A stretch of DNA of 64,000 bases, from assembly GCA_965231215.1 (NCBI GenBank), contig OZ246423.1, positions 32,001 through 96,000 on the forward strand, given 5' to 3'. Source of the DNA: Candidatus Altimarinota bacterium. Its GTDB lineage: Bacteria > Patescibacteriota > Gracilibacteria > UBA4473. Below the pieces are notes generated by a model that saw only the letters and a program-made list of their open reading frames with translations, was not told where the DNA came from and searched no databases. Every line of letters begins with the position of its first letter. Position 1 is the first letter of the stretch. Both the position numbers and the translations under genes were made by a program. Positions 10,286 through 21,412 of this stretch are shown here, in pieces.

Positions 10286-11466
10286 TGGTAAAGAAACCAG
10301 AAAAAAAGCTAGATAAATTACCAGACCGGTTAGCGGAAACTGGGAAAAGCCCTGAAACACTCAAAGATGATGTAGGGCGAGAAACCATAAAACAGATGTC
10401 GCGAATGGAACGAGTAGAAACTTTGGATATTCCACATGCAGCTCCCTTAGCTGCCTCATACCAATTACTAAATCAAATAGAATCTAGGCCACTCAACCAT
10501 ATGGCTCTACTTGCCCAATTAAACAAAATTGAAGATCCAAAAAAACGTGAAGTAATGACCTATATCTACATTCAGATGATAGGAAACCAACAAAATATTC
10601 AACAGATATTTCATGATGGAGTCAAAGATATTGCGGCTTTTGGTGAAGTGCCACAAGACATCATCTTTGCCGCCATGGATGCCGGAGAATTTGATGATAT
10701 GGAAAGTCTAGAAGAAATATTATCGGATGAATTCCGTGATCAAGAAAAGGCTTGGCAAACCTACATATACGATCAAAGAAAACCCCAAAACCTTCTCTGG
10801 ATGGATGCGGCCATGAGTGTTGAAGAAATGAAACGTCGTAAAAATTTACTCTGGAAAATACATCAGGAATATGCCACAGCGTCGGCCTCAGATAGAAAAG
10901 CCATGAAAGAAATGTTGATGAAGACTTTTGGTATAACCCATATTCCTACAGGCGCTACTGAATTTATAGATAAAATCTTTACCACCCAAACCAGTATGCA
11001 GCTAGAAGGTGCCGAGAGTGCCCTAGCTAGCATTATCCATCATGAGCAAGCGCCACGATTTGTAGAGGTTCAGGGAAAGGGAGAACAACCAGATGATTTT
11101 GAAGCGTTGCTCAAACTCATGGCACTGATGCACCACCTGCAACTAGAACTTGGGGATGAAGAATTCCAAGCCCTCACCGGGCAAATAGATGCGGTACTGG
11201 ACAAAGACAATGCCCTGAAACTCATGCAGAAACCTGAATTTCAGTCGGGAATGCAAATCAATCAGTTACCTGAAGCTATTAAAAAAAATCCAACTTTCAT
11301 GAAAGCGTTCCAAAAATTTCTTAAAAAATTACAACAATTTGCTCAAAAACAGGGGGTTTCTATAAAACCCCCTAATACCAATAGCGAAGGGGTAAAAGTA
11401 AAACTCCCCGCTACCCCGAACGACAGCTATAAATTTATCATTACCGATCCTGGGCTTTTGGTTTAA
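10285..11466 (+). CDS. Hypothetical helical protein
   Basis: 393-aa ORF with no recognised motif. Confidence 0.7.
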   Translation: MVKKPEKKLDKLPDRLAETGKSPETLKDDVGRETIKQMSRMERVETLDIPHAAPLAASYQLLNQIESRPLNHMALLAQLNKIEDPKKREVMTYIYIQMIGNQQNIQQIFHDGVKDIAAFGEVPQDIIFAAMDAGEFDDMESLEEILSDEFRDQEKAWQTYIYDQRKPQNLLWMDAAMSVEEMKRRKNLLWKIHQEYATASASDRKAMKEMLMKTFGITHIPTGATEFIDKIFTTQTSMQLEGAESALASIIHHEQAPRFVEVQGKGEQPDDFEALLKLMALMHHLQLELGDEEFQALTGQIDAVLDKDNALKLMQKPEFQSGMQINQLPEAIKKNPTFMKAFQKFLKKLQQFAQKQGVSIKPPNTNSEGVKVKLPATPNDSYKFIITDPGLLV

Positions 11467-11647
11467 AAAATATTCTGAATAAAGTTGAAATTTCCCAGTA
11501 AATGCTTATTTTTCCTTAGCTCTTAGTATATTTAGGGCTCCCATTAAAGCGGAGAGCGAAAGCGCGCTTTCATGGGAAGAGGAGATGATATGAAGCAAAC
11601 GCAGTTTTTATCCAGAAAAACGAAGTAAGCGAAGTCATCATCGACGA

Positions 11648-11724
11648 CGGGGTGTAGCTCAGTTGGCTAGAGTGCACGGTTTGGGACCGTGAGGCCGCAG
11701 GTTCGAGTCCTGTCTCCCCGACCA
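11648..11724 (+). tRNA. tRNA-Pro (TGG)
   Basis: cggggtgtagctcagttggctagagtgcacgg-tt-TGG-ga-ccgtg...gttcgagtcc...ccccgaCCA cloverleaf. Confidence 0.95.
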
Positions 11725-11933
11725 GAAAAAGTTTGGTATCCTTAGGATGGCAGACTTTTTCTTTTGGGTAAGACAAGCGAGCCCTAGAGGTCCCACACAA
11801 GCAAATCCAGTATTTGAGTGCGGTATCCTGGATTCAAACAAAAAGCCTCAGATTCCTCTCCAAAAAACAGAACATTAAAATCGTGAACCCAAATTTAAAA
11901 GGGGTAACTTAGGCATTTTCCCTAAACAAAATT

Positions 11934-12251
11934 TTACTTATTGCGTTCAACCATAGCTACAAGATCTTCTTTGGACTTTACCCCTACGGCTTCATCCACC
12001 ACTTCTCCATCACGGAAAACTTTAAGCGCTGGAATAGACATAACACCATATTCTGCGGCAAGTTCAGCCTCTTCATCTACATTAACTTTCATAATTTTGG
12101 CGCCTTCCCCTATCTCTTCAGCCAATTCATCAATGATAGGTGTGAGCATCTGGCAAGGTCCACACCAAGGAGCCCAAAAATCTATCAATACTACCTCTTG
12201 TGTGTTAAGAACTTCTGCTTCGAAATTGTCTTTTGTTGCGGCTTGAGCCAT
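11934..12251 (-). CDS. trxA: Thioredoxin
   Basis: DFWAPWCGPC active site, 105 aa. Confidence 0.95.
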   Translation of the reverse strand: MAQAATKDNFEAEVLNTQEVVLIDFWAPWCGPCQMLTPIIDELAEEIGEGAKIMKVNVDEEAELAAEYGVMSIPALKVFRDGEVVDEAVGVKSKEDLVAMVERNK

Positions 12252-12336
12252 GGTTTTAAAATTTAAGAAATATTATTTTGTAATCTGAAGTTTTTGAACC
12301 GCTCTTACAGTTTCTATTCTAATCCTATTCCTAGGA

Positions 12337-12963
12337 TTAGATCAAGCCAGTAGTGTTGTCTGTACTACCATTTTCTGGGCTCATAGAACTTTTAAGTGCC
12401 TCTAGCACCTTCAAACACTCTCGAGCTTGATCTGAATTTGGATCAATTTTAAGAGCCATTTTGAGGACTTCTTCCGCTTTTTCATACTGAATGGAATTCA
12501 TATAACAAACTCCGAGATCACACAGAATGTTTGGATCAAATGGGCTGAGATTTCTAGATCGTTCTAGGATAGAAATACCCTGTCCACGTCTATTAGAGTT
12601 GTAGACCGCCCAACCAAGACACCTTAGGATTTCTGGATGATTTGGAGCGATCTCATCAGCCTGCTTGAGTTCTTCTACAGAATTTTTCCAGTCTTCTTTA
12701 ATAGAAAACAGGAATCCCAATAAATAATGTGCGTTTGAAGACTTTGAATTAAGTTCAATAGCCCGGAGAAGGGCTTTTTGTGCCTTCAGGCTTTCACGCA
12801 TACTGAGATAGTTATCTCCTAGTTCTTCATAAGCTTCTGTACATCCTGGTTCTTCTAAAATAATAGTCTGTAAAAGTTTAATGGCTTCTTCACAGTTGCC
12901 TTCATTTTTGAGCTCTTCAGCTTTTTGAAGCATAGCAATAATTCCTTCTTCGTATGGGAGCAT
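12337..12963 (-). CDS. Tetratricopeptide repeat protein
   Basis: Repeated TPR pattern (AYEELG, AHYLLG, ILRCLG, ILCDLG...IDP). Confidence 0.85.
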   Translation of the reverse strand: MLPYEEGIIAMLQKAEELKNEGNCEEAIKLLQTIILEEPGCTEAYEELGDNYLSMRESLKAQKALLRAIELNSKSSNAHYLLGFLFSIKEDWKNSVEELKQADEIAPNHPEILRCLGWAVYNSNRRGQGISILERSRNLSPFDPNILCDLGVCYMNSIQYEKAEEVLKMALKIDPNSDQARECLKVLEALKSSMSPENGSTDNTTGLI

Positions 12964-13032
12964 GTTTTTTAAGATTATTAGTCACTTATTATAAGTAAAA
13001 ACGACGAATTTACAACTTCCGGAAACCCAGAA

Positions 13033-13911
13033 TTATTGTAAAGATACAAAATCTAAAAGGGCTTCTTTTACAGGCTTACTTTCCTTTTTTAGGGCAAAGT
13101 GAATAGTCGCCTTAAGAAAACCAAGTTTATCACCAGTATCAAACCGCTCACCCTCTAAAATTCGCCCCATAATTTCACCCCCAGATTCTAGGTGAGATTC
13201 AAACGCATTGGCCAAGCGGATCTCTCCGTCAGGGCTTGGTTTACAGGTTTTTAGCTTTTTCCAGATGTCTGGGGTTAGGATGTATTTCCCAATTACCCCC
13301 AAATCTGAAGGCGCTTCTGCTGGTTTTGGTTTTTCTACAAATCGACTGACTAATCCATAAGCGTCAGATTTAGTCTTATAATCTACAACTCCGTATTGAC
13401 TGATTCGTTCTTCTGGAACTTGTTCAAGCAGTACCACTGAATCCCCCGTTTCTTCATAGACTTCCATCATCTGCTGTACGGCGTTTTTCCCTCCTTGATT
13501 ATCTACTAAATCATCTCCAAACAGCACTACTACAGGTTCATCTTCGGCTACTAAGCTTTCGGCGCAGAGCAGAGCATGCCCATCCCCTTTTGGTTTTGGC
13601 TGACGTACATAAATGAAATTAGCCATATCAGATATCTTTTGTACCATTTCTAATTCCTTGGTTTTCCCTTTTTGTTCTAAGCTATGTTCTAGCTCAAAGT
13701 TGGCATCAAAATGGTCTTCAATCGCTCTTTTCGTCCGTCCTGTTACAATAATAATATCCTCAATCCCAGCGTCTATAGCTTCCTCTACAATATACTGAAT
13801 TGCTGGGGTATCAAAAACCGGCAACATTTCCTTTGGTTGAGCCTTGGTCGCTGGAAGAAAACGAGTACCAAATCCGGCCACTGGAAGAATTGCTTTTTTA
13901 ATTTTTTTCAT
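13033..13911 (-). CDS. galU: UTP--glucose-1-phosphate uridylyltransferase
   Basis: KAILPVAGFGTRFLPATKAQPKEMLP and FVEKP motifs. Confidence 0.93.
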   Translation of the reverse strand: MKKIKKAILPVAGFGTRFLPATKAQPKEMLPVFDTPAIQYIVEEAIDAGIEDIIIVTGRTKRAIEDHFDANFELEHSLEQKGKTKELEMVQKISDMANFIYVRQPKPKGDGHALLCAESLVAEDEPVVVLFGDDLVDNQGGKNAVQQMMEVYEETGDSVVLLEQVPEERISQYGVVDYKTKSDAYGLVSRFVEKPKPAEAPSDLGVIGKYILTPDIWKKLKTCKPSPDGEIRLANAFESHLESGGEIMGRILEGERFDTGDKLGFLKATIHFALKKESKPVKEALLDFVSLQ

Positions 13912-13989
13912 GTGTTTTGAGTGTAAAGGTTAGAGGTTTATAAGGCTAATATTATTTTAATACTAACTTAATATTTATAAAAAAGATCA

Positions 13990-14093
13990 GAAATCAATAT
14001 TTCGAGGAAGCTAAAAAATTTTGAAAGGAGTGTACTAATCTATGTACACATTTGAAAAATTTTTGTTGCTGAAAAAGAAATTTAAAGTTTTTC
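13990..14093. repeat. Palindromic intergenic repeat family B, copy 1
   Basis: cgaggaagctaaaaaattttgaaaggagtgtac...gtacacatttgaaaaatttttg long imperfect hairpin, with similar architecture at ~36910. Confidence 0.45.
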
Positions 14094-14098
14094 ATTTT

Positions 14099-14485
14099 TT
14101 AGAGAAAGCCTGTTACCTGGCTTTGTAAATCAATAAGTTTTGGAGCAATAAACACCAAAACCATCGCTACAAAAGTTAACATAAAGGCCATAACCGAAAA
14201 GATTTTACGTTTATCAAAAATAATCCCCAAAAAGCTCACCGCCAAATTAAACAAAATTAAAAGTAAGATCGAAAAGAAAAGCAGCTTCGCCAAAAGGATC
14301 AAAAATGAATTATCGCTTAATGCTGGAATATCATCATTAGCCTGAGATTTCAGCGCTAATAAAAACAAAAACAACAACACCCCTTGAAACAAAATCAGAG
14401 GCGAAAGCAAGAAAGAAAAAACCCCAAAAGAGAATCCTAACCGAAAAGTCTTTTTGACCACTGGAACTGAAGTAGTTTCTGTCAT
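14099..14485 (-). CDS. Hypothetical membrane protein (about 3 TM)
   Basis: Highly hydrophobic ORF starting 3 nt after the eno stop. Confidence 0.65.
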   Translation of the reverse strand: MTETTSVPVVKKTFRLGFSFGVFSFLLSPLILFQGVLLFLFLLALKSQANDDIPALSDNSFLILLAKLLFFSILLLILFNLAVSFLGIIFDKRKIFSVMAFMLTFVAMVLVFIAPKLIDLQSQVTGFL

Positions 14486-14488
14486 ATT

Positions 14489-15718
14489 TTAGAGTTGTTC
14501 CGAAATTCTAAGAAGTTGGTTGTATTTACAGATTCGTTCTGACCGACTGAGGGAGCCGGTTTTGATCTGTCCAGCGTTGGTCCCTACGGCTAGGTCAGCA
14601 ATAAAGCTATCTTCTGTTTCGCCTGAACGGTGTGAGATAACAGTGGTAAACCCATTTTCTTTGGCCAGCCGGATGGTCTCAAAGGTTTCTGTCAGAGATC
14701 CAATTTGGTTCACCTTAATCAGAATAGAGTTACATAGTTTTTGATCTATTCCCATTTGGAGGCGTTTTTTATTCGTTACCAACAAGTCATCTCCAACAAG
14801 TTGAATCTCCTCACCAAAGACCTCTTGCATTTTTTGGAAGCCTTCAAAGTCATCTTCCCCGTGTGAGTCTTCTAGTGATTCAATAGGGAAATCTGCAAAC
14901 ATTTTTCCGTAATAATCCACCAATTCCTGACTGGTAAGTGCATCGCCATCAATCTCGTATTTTCCGTCTTTAAAAAATTCAGAAGCCGCTGCATCCATCG
15001 CAATTCGTACTTCATTCCCACACCCGTAACCCGCTTTTTCTATCGCTTCACAGATAACAGAAAGTGCGCCCTTAACCCGGGCTAGATGCGGAGCAAATCC
15101 GCCTTCGTCTCCCACACTAGTAACCTGGCCTTGTTCAGACAAAATCTTTTTGAGTACATGAAAAATTTCAGAACCCGCTCTGAGGTTGTCTTCAAATTTC
15201 CCCAAATCGGGAAAGACCATAAACTCTTGAATCGCTAACCCTGAATCAGCATGTGATCCTCCGTTAATAATATTCATCATTGGGCGAGGGAGACTCGCCT
15301 CATCTGATCCAAAAATATTTTGGATATGTTTCCATAAAGGAATCCCCTGCTGTACAGCCGCAAGTCTACAAGCGGCCAGCGAAACTCCTAAAATAGCATT
15401 AGCTCCAAGTTCAGTTTTATTCTCCGTTCCATCTAGTTCTAACATTTTTGTGTCCAAGGCCGTCTGATCTTTTGGGTTCATGCCTATTACCGCTGGAGCG
15501 ATTTTATCATTCACATTAGCAATGGCTTTAAGCACGCCTTTTCCATGATACCGAGATTTATCACCATCTCTAAGTTCGAGCGCCTCATGCACCCCCGTAG
15601 AGGCGCCACTTGGAACACAGGCCTGAACGGTATTCTCACCATCTGAAATTTCTACCTCCACGGTAGGATTCCCTCTGGAATCAAGAATCTCACGAGCTTT
15701 AACGGATTTGATTGTCAT
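14489..15718 (-). CDS. eno: Enolase
   Basis: [40 protein letters not shown] and QIKTGS motifs. Confidence 0.97.
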   Translation of the reverse strand: MTIKSVKAREILDSRGNPTVEVEISDGENTVQACVPSGASTGVHEALELRDGDKSRYHGKGVLKAIANVNDKIAPAVIGMNPKDQTALDTKMLELDGTENKTELGANAILGVSLAACRLAAVQQGIPLWKHIQNIFGSDEASLPRPMMNIINGGSHADSGLAIQEFMVFPDLGKFEDNLRAGSEIFHVLKKILSEQGQVTSVGDEGGFAPHLARVKGALSVICEAIEKAGYGCGNEVRIAMDAAASEFFKDGKYEIDGDALTSQELVDYYGKMFADFPIESLEDSHGEDDFEGFQKMQEVFGEEIQLVGDDLLVTNKKRLQMGIDQKLCNSILIKVNQIGSLTETFETIRLAKENGFTTVISHRSGETEDSFIADLAVGTNAGQIKTGSLSRSERICKYNQLLRISEQL

Positions 15719-15730
15719 AATATAAATAGA

Positions 15731-16360
15731 TTAATTATTAGAACTAAGCGCCAATTTTAGACCAAAGGCTACTAAAATAGCGCCAAATACTTTGTCTAAA
15801 AGAGGGGTTATAGAAATGAACCGCGTTTGAATTCGAGGAATAGTCAACACTAAAGCCACTAAACTGAACCATACAAAAGTTACCAAAAATATTAGTAGAG
15901 CCGCCACCATCAATACCCACGCTGGAGTTTCTGGAGTAATAACTAAAGTAAAGACTCCTAAGAAATATAAGGTCGCCTTTGGATTTAAAAGATTGGTAAT
16001 GACCCCCACCTTCCAGGCATTAAAATTAGACAGGGCTTTATATCTCTGCTTTGTATCAGCCATTTCAAACTTACGGTTATTTATAAGCGCCATCGCCCCT
16101 AAATACATGAGATATCCAGCCCCTAATAGTTTTACCATAGTAAAGAGGAGTACTGATTGGCTAATAATTACCGCTAATCCCAACAAGCAATAGGCAATGT
16201 GCACTAAACAGCCACTCGCAAAACCTAGAGCCGTAAAAATTCCGGCCTTTCTGCCTGATTGCATGGTATTTTTCACCGACACTACAAAATCTGGTCCAGG
16301 ACTCATTACAGCCAATGCGTGAATTACTATCAGCCCGGCCAAAAAGAGTAATATTTCCAT
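15731..16360 (-). CDS. LysE/RhtB family transporter
   Basis: SPGPDF, GAGYLMYLG and NLLNPKATLYF motifs. Confidence 0.9.
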   Translation of the reverse strand: MEILLFLAGLIVIHALAVMSPGPDFVVSVKNTMQSGRKAGIFTALGFASGCLVHIAYCLLGLAVIISQSVLLFTMVKLLGAGYLMYLGAMALINNRKFEMADTKQRYKALSNFNAWKVGVITNLLNPKATLYFLGVFTLVITPETPAWVLMVAALLIFLVTFVWFSLVALVLTIPRIQTRFISITPLLDKVFGAILVAFGLKLALSSNN

Positions 16361-16401
16361 ATTTTTTTGTAATTGGTCTGATTTTAACCGAAAATGACCC
16401 T

Positions 16402-17763
16402 GTGAAAAAATATTTTATCGTGGTTTTGGTACTTCTTTTTTCTGGGAGCATACTACAGGCTCAGGAAGATGTTTTACGATCCAGAGAAAGTGTGGAAGTC
16501 AAAAACGGAAAAATAGTTAGAACCGGGGTTTTGGCCGATAACGATGGAGTGCTATTTGTGGAGTTTATTGCAGGAGATTTTGTGGTTAAAAGAGCCGACA
16601 CAGAGCGATGTCTTAAACTTACTCGCAAAGATTTTCAACGCAGAAGCTGTATCAACACCCTCGCTCTAGAAGAGTATGAAGGTGAAGTTCTTGCTCCTGT
16701 CATATTAGACAAACCAGACAAGGCCCCTCGAGCTAGAATGCGAGAAATCATTACCTTTGAAATGATCGTAGACACTAATGATGAAGTCTTCTTTGTCGAT
16801 AGGTACACCATCATGCATCCATCAGAAAGACTCCGACAAGGAATCCGATTTGGTGACCTAGAACCGGGCAATAGCGGCGCTCAAGTCCTAATGCGAATCT
16901 TTAACGAGGATGAAATTGGCCAGCCTTCACTTTGGTTTTATAACACCGATGAAAACCGATGGCGAGAAATCGGAGGCATCCTCACCGATAGTGCTGAACC
17001 AGATGTAAAGATTTTTTCAGCCATTATTGCCCGAACCGGTCTCTACACCATTTGGGACGCCAATCCTCCGCCGACCTTTTCCCCAAACTTCCCGATTGAT
17101 GAGATTGAGCTAGCCGAGGAATCGCCTTTCCCAAGTGTAGAAATACCAACTCAAGAAGGGAACTTTATTGAGGAAGACATAGATGGGAGTACTATCCCAG
17201 GAGTAGACGAATTCAAAAGCAGTGCTAACACGCCTCCCGAAACCGAAACCGAAGAACTTGGAACTTTTGGAGAACGAACCAATAACCATTTAGAGCTCCC
17301 AGATTTTGTAAAAGAAAACTTCTTAAACCCAGACGGAACCCCTGTGGGAAGTGAACAAGAAATTGTCGTACCATCACTTGATGGCGGCGCTTCTACCACC
17401 CCAGAAACTGGAACCGATCAACCCGTCAACCCAAACCAAATAACCCCAAACACCTTCACTCCCCCAAATACCGAAGAAACTGGTAACAATCCTAATATTC
17501 CAGTTATTACCACTGAAAATACACCACAAAATACAGGGGAATCCAATACTAATGCTCTTCCCTCTGGGAATTTAATTGAATCACAAATCTCAGACAGCCT
17601 CCAAAGTGCGGCTCCGCTACTCCAGGCAAACTCTTTTTCTAACTTTGGAGAAACCCTTCCTGTAACTGGCCGCAAAGAAGACTTCAAATTTCCGTGGCTA
17701 ATTGTAGTGGTTTTAGCCCTTATTGGAGGGAGTTTAATGATTGCTTTCCAAAAGAAATATTAG
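16402..17763 (+). CDS. Surface protein with LPXTG sortase-type sorting signal
   Basis: The GTG start at 16402 gives signal peptide MKKYFIVVLVLLFSGSILQA. A Pro/Thr/Asn/Glu-rich stalk is followed by LPVTG, a hydrophobic helix and KKY. Confidence 0.75.
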   Translation: MKKYFIVVLVLLFSGSILQAQEDVLRSRESVEVKNGKIVRTGVLADNDGVLFVEFIAGDFVVKRADTERCLKLTRKDFQRRSCINTLALEEYEGEVLAPVILDKPDKAPRARMREIITFEMIVDTNDEVFFVDRYTIMHPSERLRQGIRFGDLEPGNSGAQVLMRIFNEDEIGQPSLWFYNTDENRWREIGGILTDSAEPDVKIFSAIIARTGLYTIWDANPPPTFSPNFPIDEIELAEESPFPSVEIPTQEGNFIEEDIDGSTIPGVDEFKSSANTPPETETEELGTFGERTNNHLELPDFVKENFLNPDGTPVGSEQEIVVPSLDGGASTTPETGTDQPVNPNQITPNTFTPPNTEETGNNPNIPVITTENTPQNTGESNTNALPSGNLIESQISDSLQSAAPLLQANSFSNFGETLPVTGRKEDFKFPWLIVVVLALIGGSLMIAFQKKY

Positions 17764-17767
17764 TGTT

Positions 17768-17881
17768 TGTCATTGCAGGCGAACTCAATCCCTATTTCAA
17801 TAGGAAGCGTGGCAATCTAATTCCAATTTCCAAAAAGGGCTTTGTGATTAAACAAAAAGTGACTTCTGCCTCGCATTGACA
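17768..17881. repeat. Degenerate REP-like palindrome (gtcattgc...gcgtggcaatc...cgcattgac)
   Basis: Terminal inverted repeat gtcattgc/gcattgac with an internal gcgtggcaatct motif. Confidence 0.4.
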
Positions 17882-17904
17882 TAGAATTTTTAACATAAAA
17901 AGTA

Positions 17905-17933
17905 TTGACTGACATCTTAATAAAATGTATAAT
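17905..17933 (+). promoter_or_regulatory. Sigma-70 promoter
   Basis: TTGACT-N17-TATAAT upstream of ATG 17961. Confidence 0.7.
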
Positions 17934-17960
17934 AAATACTATTTAAAATTTTTGTCAAAA

Positions 17961-18947
17961 ATGTCGAGAACAAATACTGAAATACTAGATCAAGCAGAAG
18001 TAAAAAAACTGGCTCGGTACCTCAATGAAAAACCTAAAATGGTGATCCTCCCACATGCTAATCCTGATGGAGACGCCCTAGGGGCCGCACTAGGACTCTA
18101 TGCGGGGCTCAAACAAGCTGGATACGACGTGGATGTTGCGTGCCTAGATGGATGCCCAGAACCCTTTCAGTTTCTGACCCATGCTGAGGAAGTCCAAACT
18201 GATTTTGAGGAAGAGGCCTATGATGCTGTTATCTTTGTAGATTGTGGGAATAAAAAAATGACTAAATTTCATGAGTCAAAACCACGAATCCATTCTAATG
18301 ATATGGTAAAGATTAATATTGATCATCACCCATCAAACGATGCCTTTGGTGAAATTAATTTTGTCATTACCAATGTGGCTTCATCAACTATGATTATTTA
18401 CAAAATACTAGAAGCTCTGGAACATAAAATTACCCCCAATGTAGCCACCGCCCTCATTACCGGGATCTACACAGATACCGGAGGGTTTATGCATCAAAAC
18501 ACCACTCCCCTTACCTACAAGTTTGCCAGTGAGCTGATTCGGTTAGGAGCCAACCCTCAAGCTATTGCTCAGAATATCTTTCACAAATATGAGTTCCGAA
18601 CCCTAAAACTCTGGGGAAAAGTACTCCAGAATCTACACGTCACCAAAGAAGGAGCGGCTATTGTAGGCGTAGAAAAGAAAGACTACGAAGCTCTAGGATG
18701 TGATAGGTCAGACCTAGCTGGAGTTATAGACTTTATTAATTCCATGCCCGAAGCGCAATACTCGGTGATGCTTTCTGAAGACGACAAAGGCAATGTAAAA
18801 GCTTCACTCCGAACTCGTAAAGATGATGTAGACGTAAAAGCTCTCGCTGAACAGTTTGGCGGAGGAGGTCATATTAAAGCTTCTGGATTTACCATCCCAG
18901 GTGGACGACTAGAAAAAGAAGTAAAATGGAAAATAGTCCAAGACTAA
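17961..18947 (+). CDS. nrnA: DHH-family oligoribonuclease/pAp phosphatase (NrnA-like)
   Basis: HANPDGDALG, VDCG, IDHH, TDTGGF and GGGGH motifs. Start moved to 17961 because a promoter lies inside the longer ORF. Confidence 0.85.
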   Translation: MSRTNTEILDQAEVKKLARYLNEKPKMVILPHANPDGDALGAALGLYAGLKQAGYDVDVACLDGCPEPFQFLTHAEEVQTDFEEEAYDAVIFVDCGNKKMTKFHESKPRIHSNDMVKINIDHHPSNDAFGEINFVITNVASSTMIIYKILEALEHKITPNVATALITGIYTDTGGFMHQNTTPLTYKFASELIRLGANPQAIAQNIFHKYEFRTLKLWGKVLQNLHVTKEGAAIVGVEKKDYEALGCDRSDLAGVIDFINSMPEAQYSVMLSEDDKGNVKASLRTRKDDVDVKALAEQFGGGGHIKASGFTIPGGRLEKEVKWKIVQD

Positions 18948-18948
18948 G

Positions 18949-19296
18949 ATGGAACCCAAAATCACTAAAGCTTCTCTCCTCAAAACGATTCAAGTCATCT
19001 TAAATCAGAGTGATTTTTTGCCCCAGAAAGAAATCTTTGAAAAAGCTAAAAAATGCAATAAAGCAACCCTCCAGAACCTCACTATCATTCTCTATCGAGC
19101 ACTTCAACAAGAGCGAAATATGGAGGATAAAGATAAAATCGATATGGCCAAAGCCATCATTAAATTTTTTGGAGAAAAAAAACGTATTTTTCAAAAAGCC
19201 CAAAAAGAATGGATTTCAATTCAAGAACAAAAAACAGAAGCATCAGAAAGTTTAGCCGAGGCCAAACTCCTTAATGAAATTAATCAGCAAGACTAA
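18949..19296 (+). CDS. Small helical protein, probable distant paralog of 52678/54627/62471
   Basis: IL..S..L N-terminus and acidic E..E...AE..LL.E C-terminus. TAATG overlap with the next gene. Confidence 0.65.
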   Translation: MEPKITKASLLKTIQVILNQSDFLPQKEIFEKAKKCNKATLQNLTIILYRALQQERNMEDKDKIDMAKAIIKFFGEKKRIFQKAQKEWISIQEQKTEASESLAEAKLLNEINQQD

Positions 19297-19856
19297 TGCA
19301 TAAACATCCTTACGGTACCGCTGATTATTACACTCATAAATTAGAAAATCCCAACACTCCAAAAGGCGAAGTTTTGAGCATCATTGGACGCATGGAACGA
19401 ACCGCCAAAGCCAAAGGAAGAGTAGCATTAAAAAAAGTTTTTGATGCCACCCCAGGCGTAAAAATAGAAGGCAACAAGGAAGCTAAAGCGTTTTTGGAAG
19501 AATGGGACAGCGCCATAGATGAGGCCGCACAAAAAGCGATTGAAGCCTATGTAAATGGCCGAAACCCAAAGGTATATGGTCAACAGAAAACGACCCTTAA
19601 TCGCAAGGTTCCAACCTCAATCGCACTCTTTGGGCTCTGCGCTACCACTGATAAAGTATTTAGTATGGCCTTAGATGTCAGTACCGCCAAACTCAGTAAA
19701 CCAGGAACCTGGGTCAAAAGTCTAGCTGATAATACTGGACGTGATATTGATGACCCTACGGCTAGAGACGTAGCTATAAAAGAAATTATGCACTGGGCAG
19801 CCCAAAATGATAGAACCAGTAAAGGGTTTGATCCACGAGTACAGATGAATGCCTAA
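19296..19856 (+). CDS. Hypothetical protein
   Basis: 186-aa ORF translationally coupled to 18949. Confidence 0.65.
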   Translation: MHKHPYGTADYYTHKLENPNTPKGEVLSIIGRMERTAKAKGRVALKKVFDATPGVKIEGNKEAKAFLEEWDSAIDEAAQKAIEAYVNGRNPKVYGQQKTTLNRKVPTSIALFGLCATTDKVFSMALDVSTAKLSKPGTWVKSLADNTGRDIDDPTARDVAIKEIMHWAAQNDRTSKGFDPRVQMNA

Positions 19857-20659
19857 GCCGTCGTTCTTGTCTTATTAGAACACGATTCTATCATACTTTT
19901 TACACCATCTACAATGACCTCAGGTGGTACAAAAACTTTGCTTCCTAATGGATTAGCAGACTCTTTTCCCTCTAACTTTTTCCGAGAATCAAATCCATCA
20001 CTAACCATGATAATCTCAGCATCAGTAAACTTCGCCTTTCTCATACACCGATAATCAGAAATTTCATCCCCTAAAGCCACTATTTGTTGTACTCGCCTTA
20101 ATACCTTCGCTCTAATTATTTTGAATTTTTCAGTCTTCTTTTCCCTAGGCTCTACCGTTTCAATTTTTATCTTCTTCATTTCACAAGAGGTAAGATCACT
20201 TCGCAAAAGCACCTTTCTAATAGTGGATTTGGGATTTGGCAAAGCACTTCGACTCAAGATAATGATTTCATGGTTTTCGGCTAAAAGTGATTTCCAAAAC
20301 TCAGCTAACTCCGGTTTAAGTTTCCCTTCACTAAGGTACACCTCCTCAACAGCACGGCGTAAGTTTTCTCTCTGATCAACAATTTTTTTTACGTGTCGAG
20401 CAAAAGCTAAAGGCCTTCTACTTTTTTTCTTATTTCTAAACCCCAAGTATTTAAATAACTTCCAAGCTGTACAAAATCTTTCTTTATCTCCAATTTCTAT
20501 TCCAAGAGCCTTGTACCCTTTTGCAATAAGCGGAAAGCTATCAACTGAAGTTCCATCAAAGTCAAAAATGAAAGCTGTTGGGGTCACTTCTAGGGGTTCT
20601 TGCGCAGAAAGATTGGGCACCTCTTTATTGCTTCCAGGATCTTCATTCAAATCGTTCAT
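19853..20659 (-). CDS. HAD-superfamily hydrolase
   Basis: FDFDGTSVDS motif I, LSRS motif II and GDEISD motif IV. Confidence 0.8.
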   Translation of the reverse strand: MNDLNEDPGSNKEVPNLSAQEPLEVTPTAFIFDFDGTSVDSFPLIAKGYKALGIEIGDKERFCTAWKLFKYLGFRNKKKSRRPLAFARHVKKIVDQRENLRRAVEEVYLSEGKLKPELAEFWKSLLAENHEIIILSRSALPNPKSTIRKVLLRSDLTSCEMKKIKIETVEPREKKTEKFKIIRAKVLRRVQQIVALGDEISDYRCMRKAKFTDAEIIMVSDGFDSRKKLEGKESANPLGSKVFVPPEVIVDGVKSMIESCSNKTRTTA

Positions 20660-20800
20660 ATAATTGTAATAACAAGCTCCTCACTTGAAAGGAAATTTTA
20701 TAGTTTTTTACAACAAAAATAAGTAAAATTTGTTATATTTTCATCGCTTTACAAAAACCTCTGAATCTCCATACTAGTAGAGATTTTTTTTATCAATTTT

Positions 20801-21412
20801 ATGCAAAACCTCATTACCGATATCTTAAAAAAACAACTCACCGAAAAATTTTACCAGCAAGCTAGTTCTAGCCTAAAAACTGATAACAAAGGGGCTAAAA
20901 GTTTAGTAGATTCAGCCCTTCCAGTGCTTCTAAAAGGAATAGCCAAAAACAATAGTAAAAAAGGTGGCGCCGAAGCTCTACTTGCAGCTGTAAGTAAAAA
21001 ACACGACGGAGGTATCTTTGATCACCTAGAAACCCTCACTAAAAATCCAGAAAAAGGAGAAGGAAAAGGCATCTTAAAACATGTTTTAGGCACTACAGAA
21101 AAAGAGGTAGAACAAGTTTTGGCCGAAAGCACCGGCACCTCTAAAACCGATAGTAAAAAAATTATGATGATGCTGGCTCCAATGGTGATGGGCGCTATCG
21201 GAAAAGCCCAAAAATCAGGCAAACTAGATGCTAAAAAAATTACAACTCTGATTCAAGATCTCAGCCAAGACCAAAAAATGGGCAATCTGTCTACCAATAA
21301 TTTAGCTCTTAAATTTTTGGATAAAGACCGTGATGGAGATTACAAAGATGATCTAATGCAGATGTTTATTGCCTGGATCATTAAGCTCTTCACTGGAGGC
21401 AGCAAAAGGTAA
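20801..21412 (+). CDS. DUF937 family protein
   Basis: ALPVLLKG, HDGGI, G.GILKHVLG, LAPMVMG and LDKDRDGD motifs. Confidence 0.8.
   Translation: MQNLITDILKKQLTEKFYQQASSSLKTDNKGAKSLVDSALPVLLKGIAKNNSKKGGAEALLAAVSKKHDGGIFDHLETLTKNPEKGEGKGILKHVLGTTEKEVEQVLAESTGTSKTDSKKIMMMLAPMVMGAIGKAQKSGKLDAKKITTLIQDLSQDQKMGNLSTNNLALKFLDKDRDGDYKDDLMQMFIAWIIKLFTGGSKR

Noticed and set aside
11570-11841. ORFs 11570-11800 and 11659-11841
   Set aside because: Antisense translations of tRNA-Pro and its flank.
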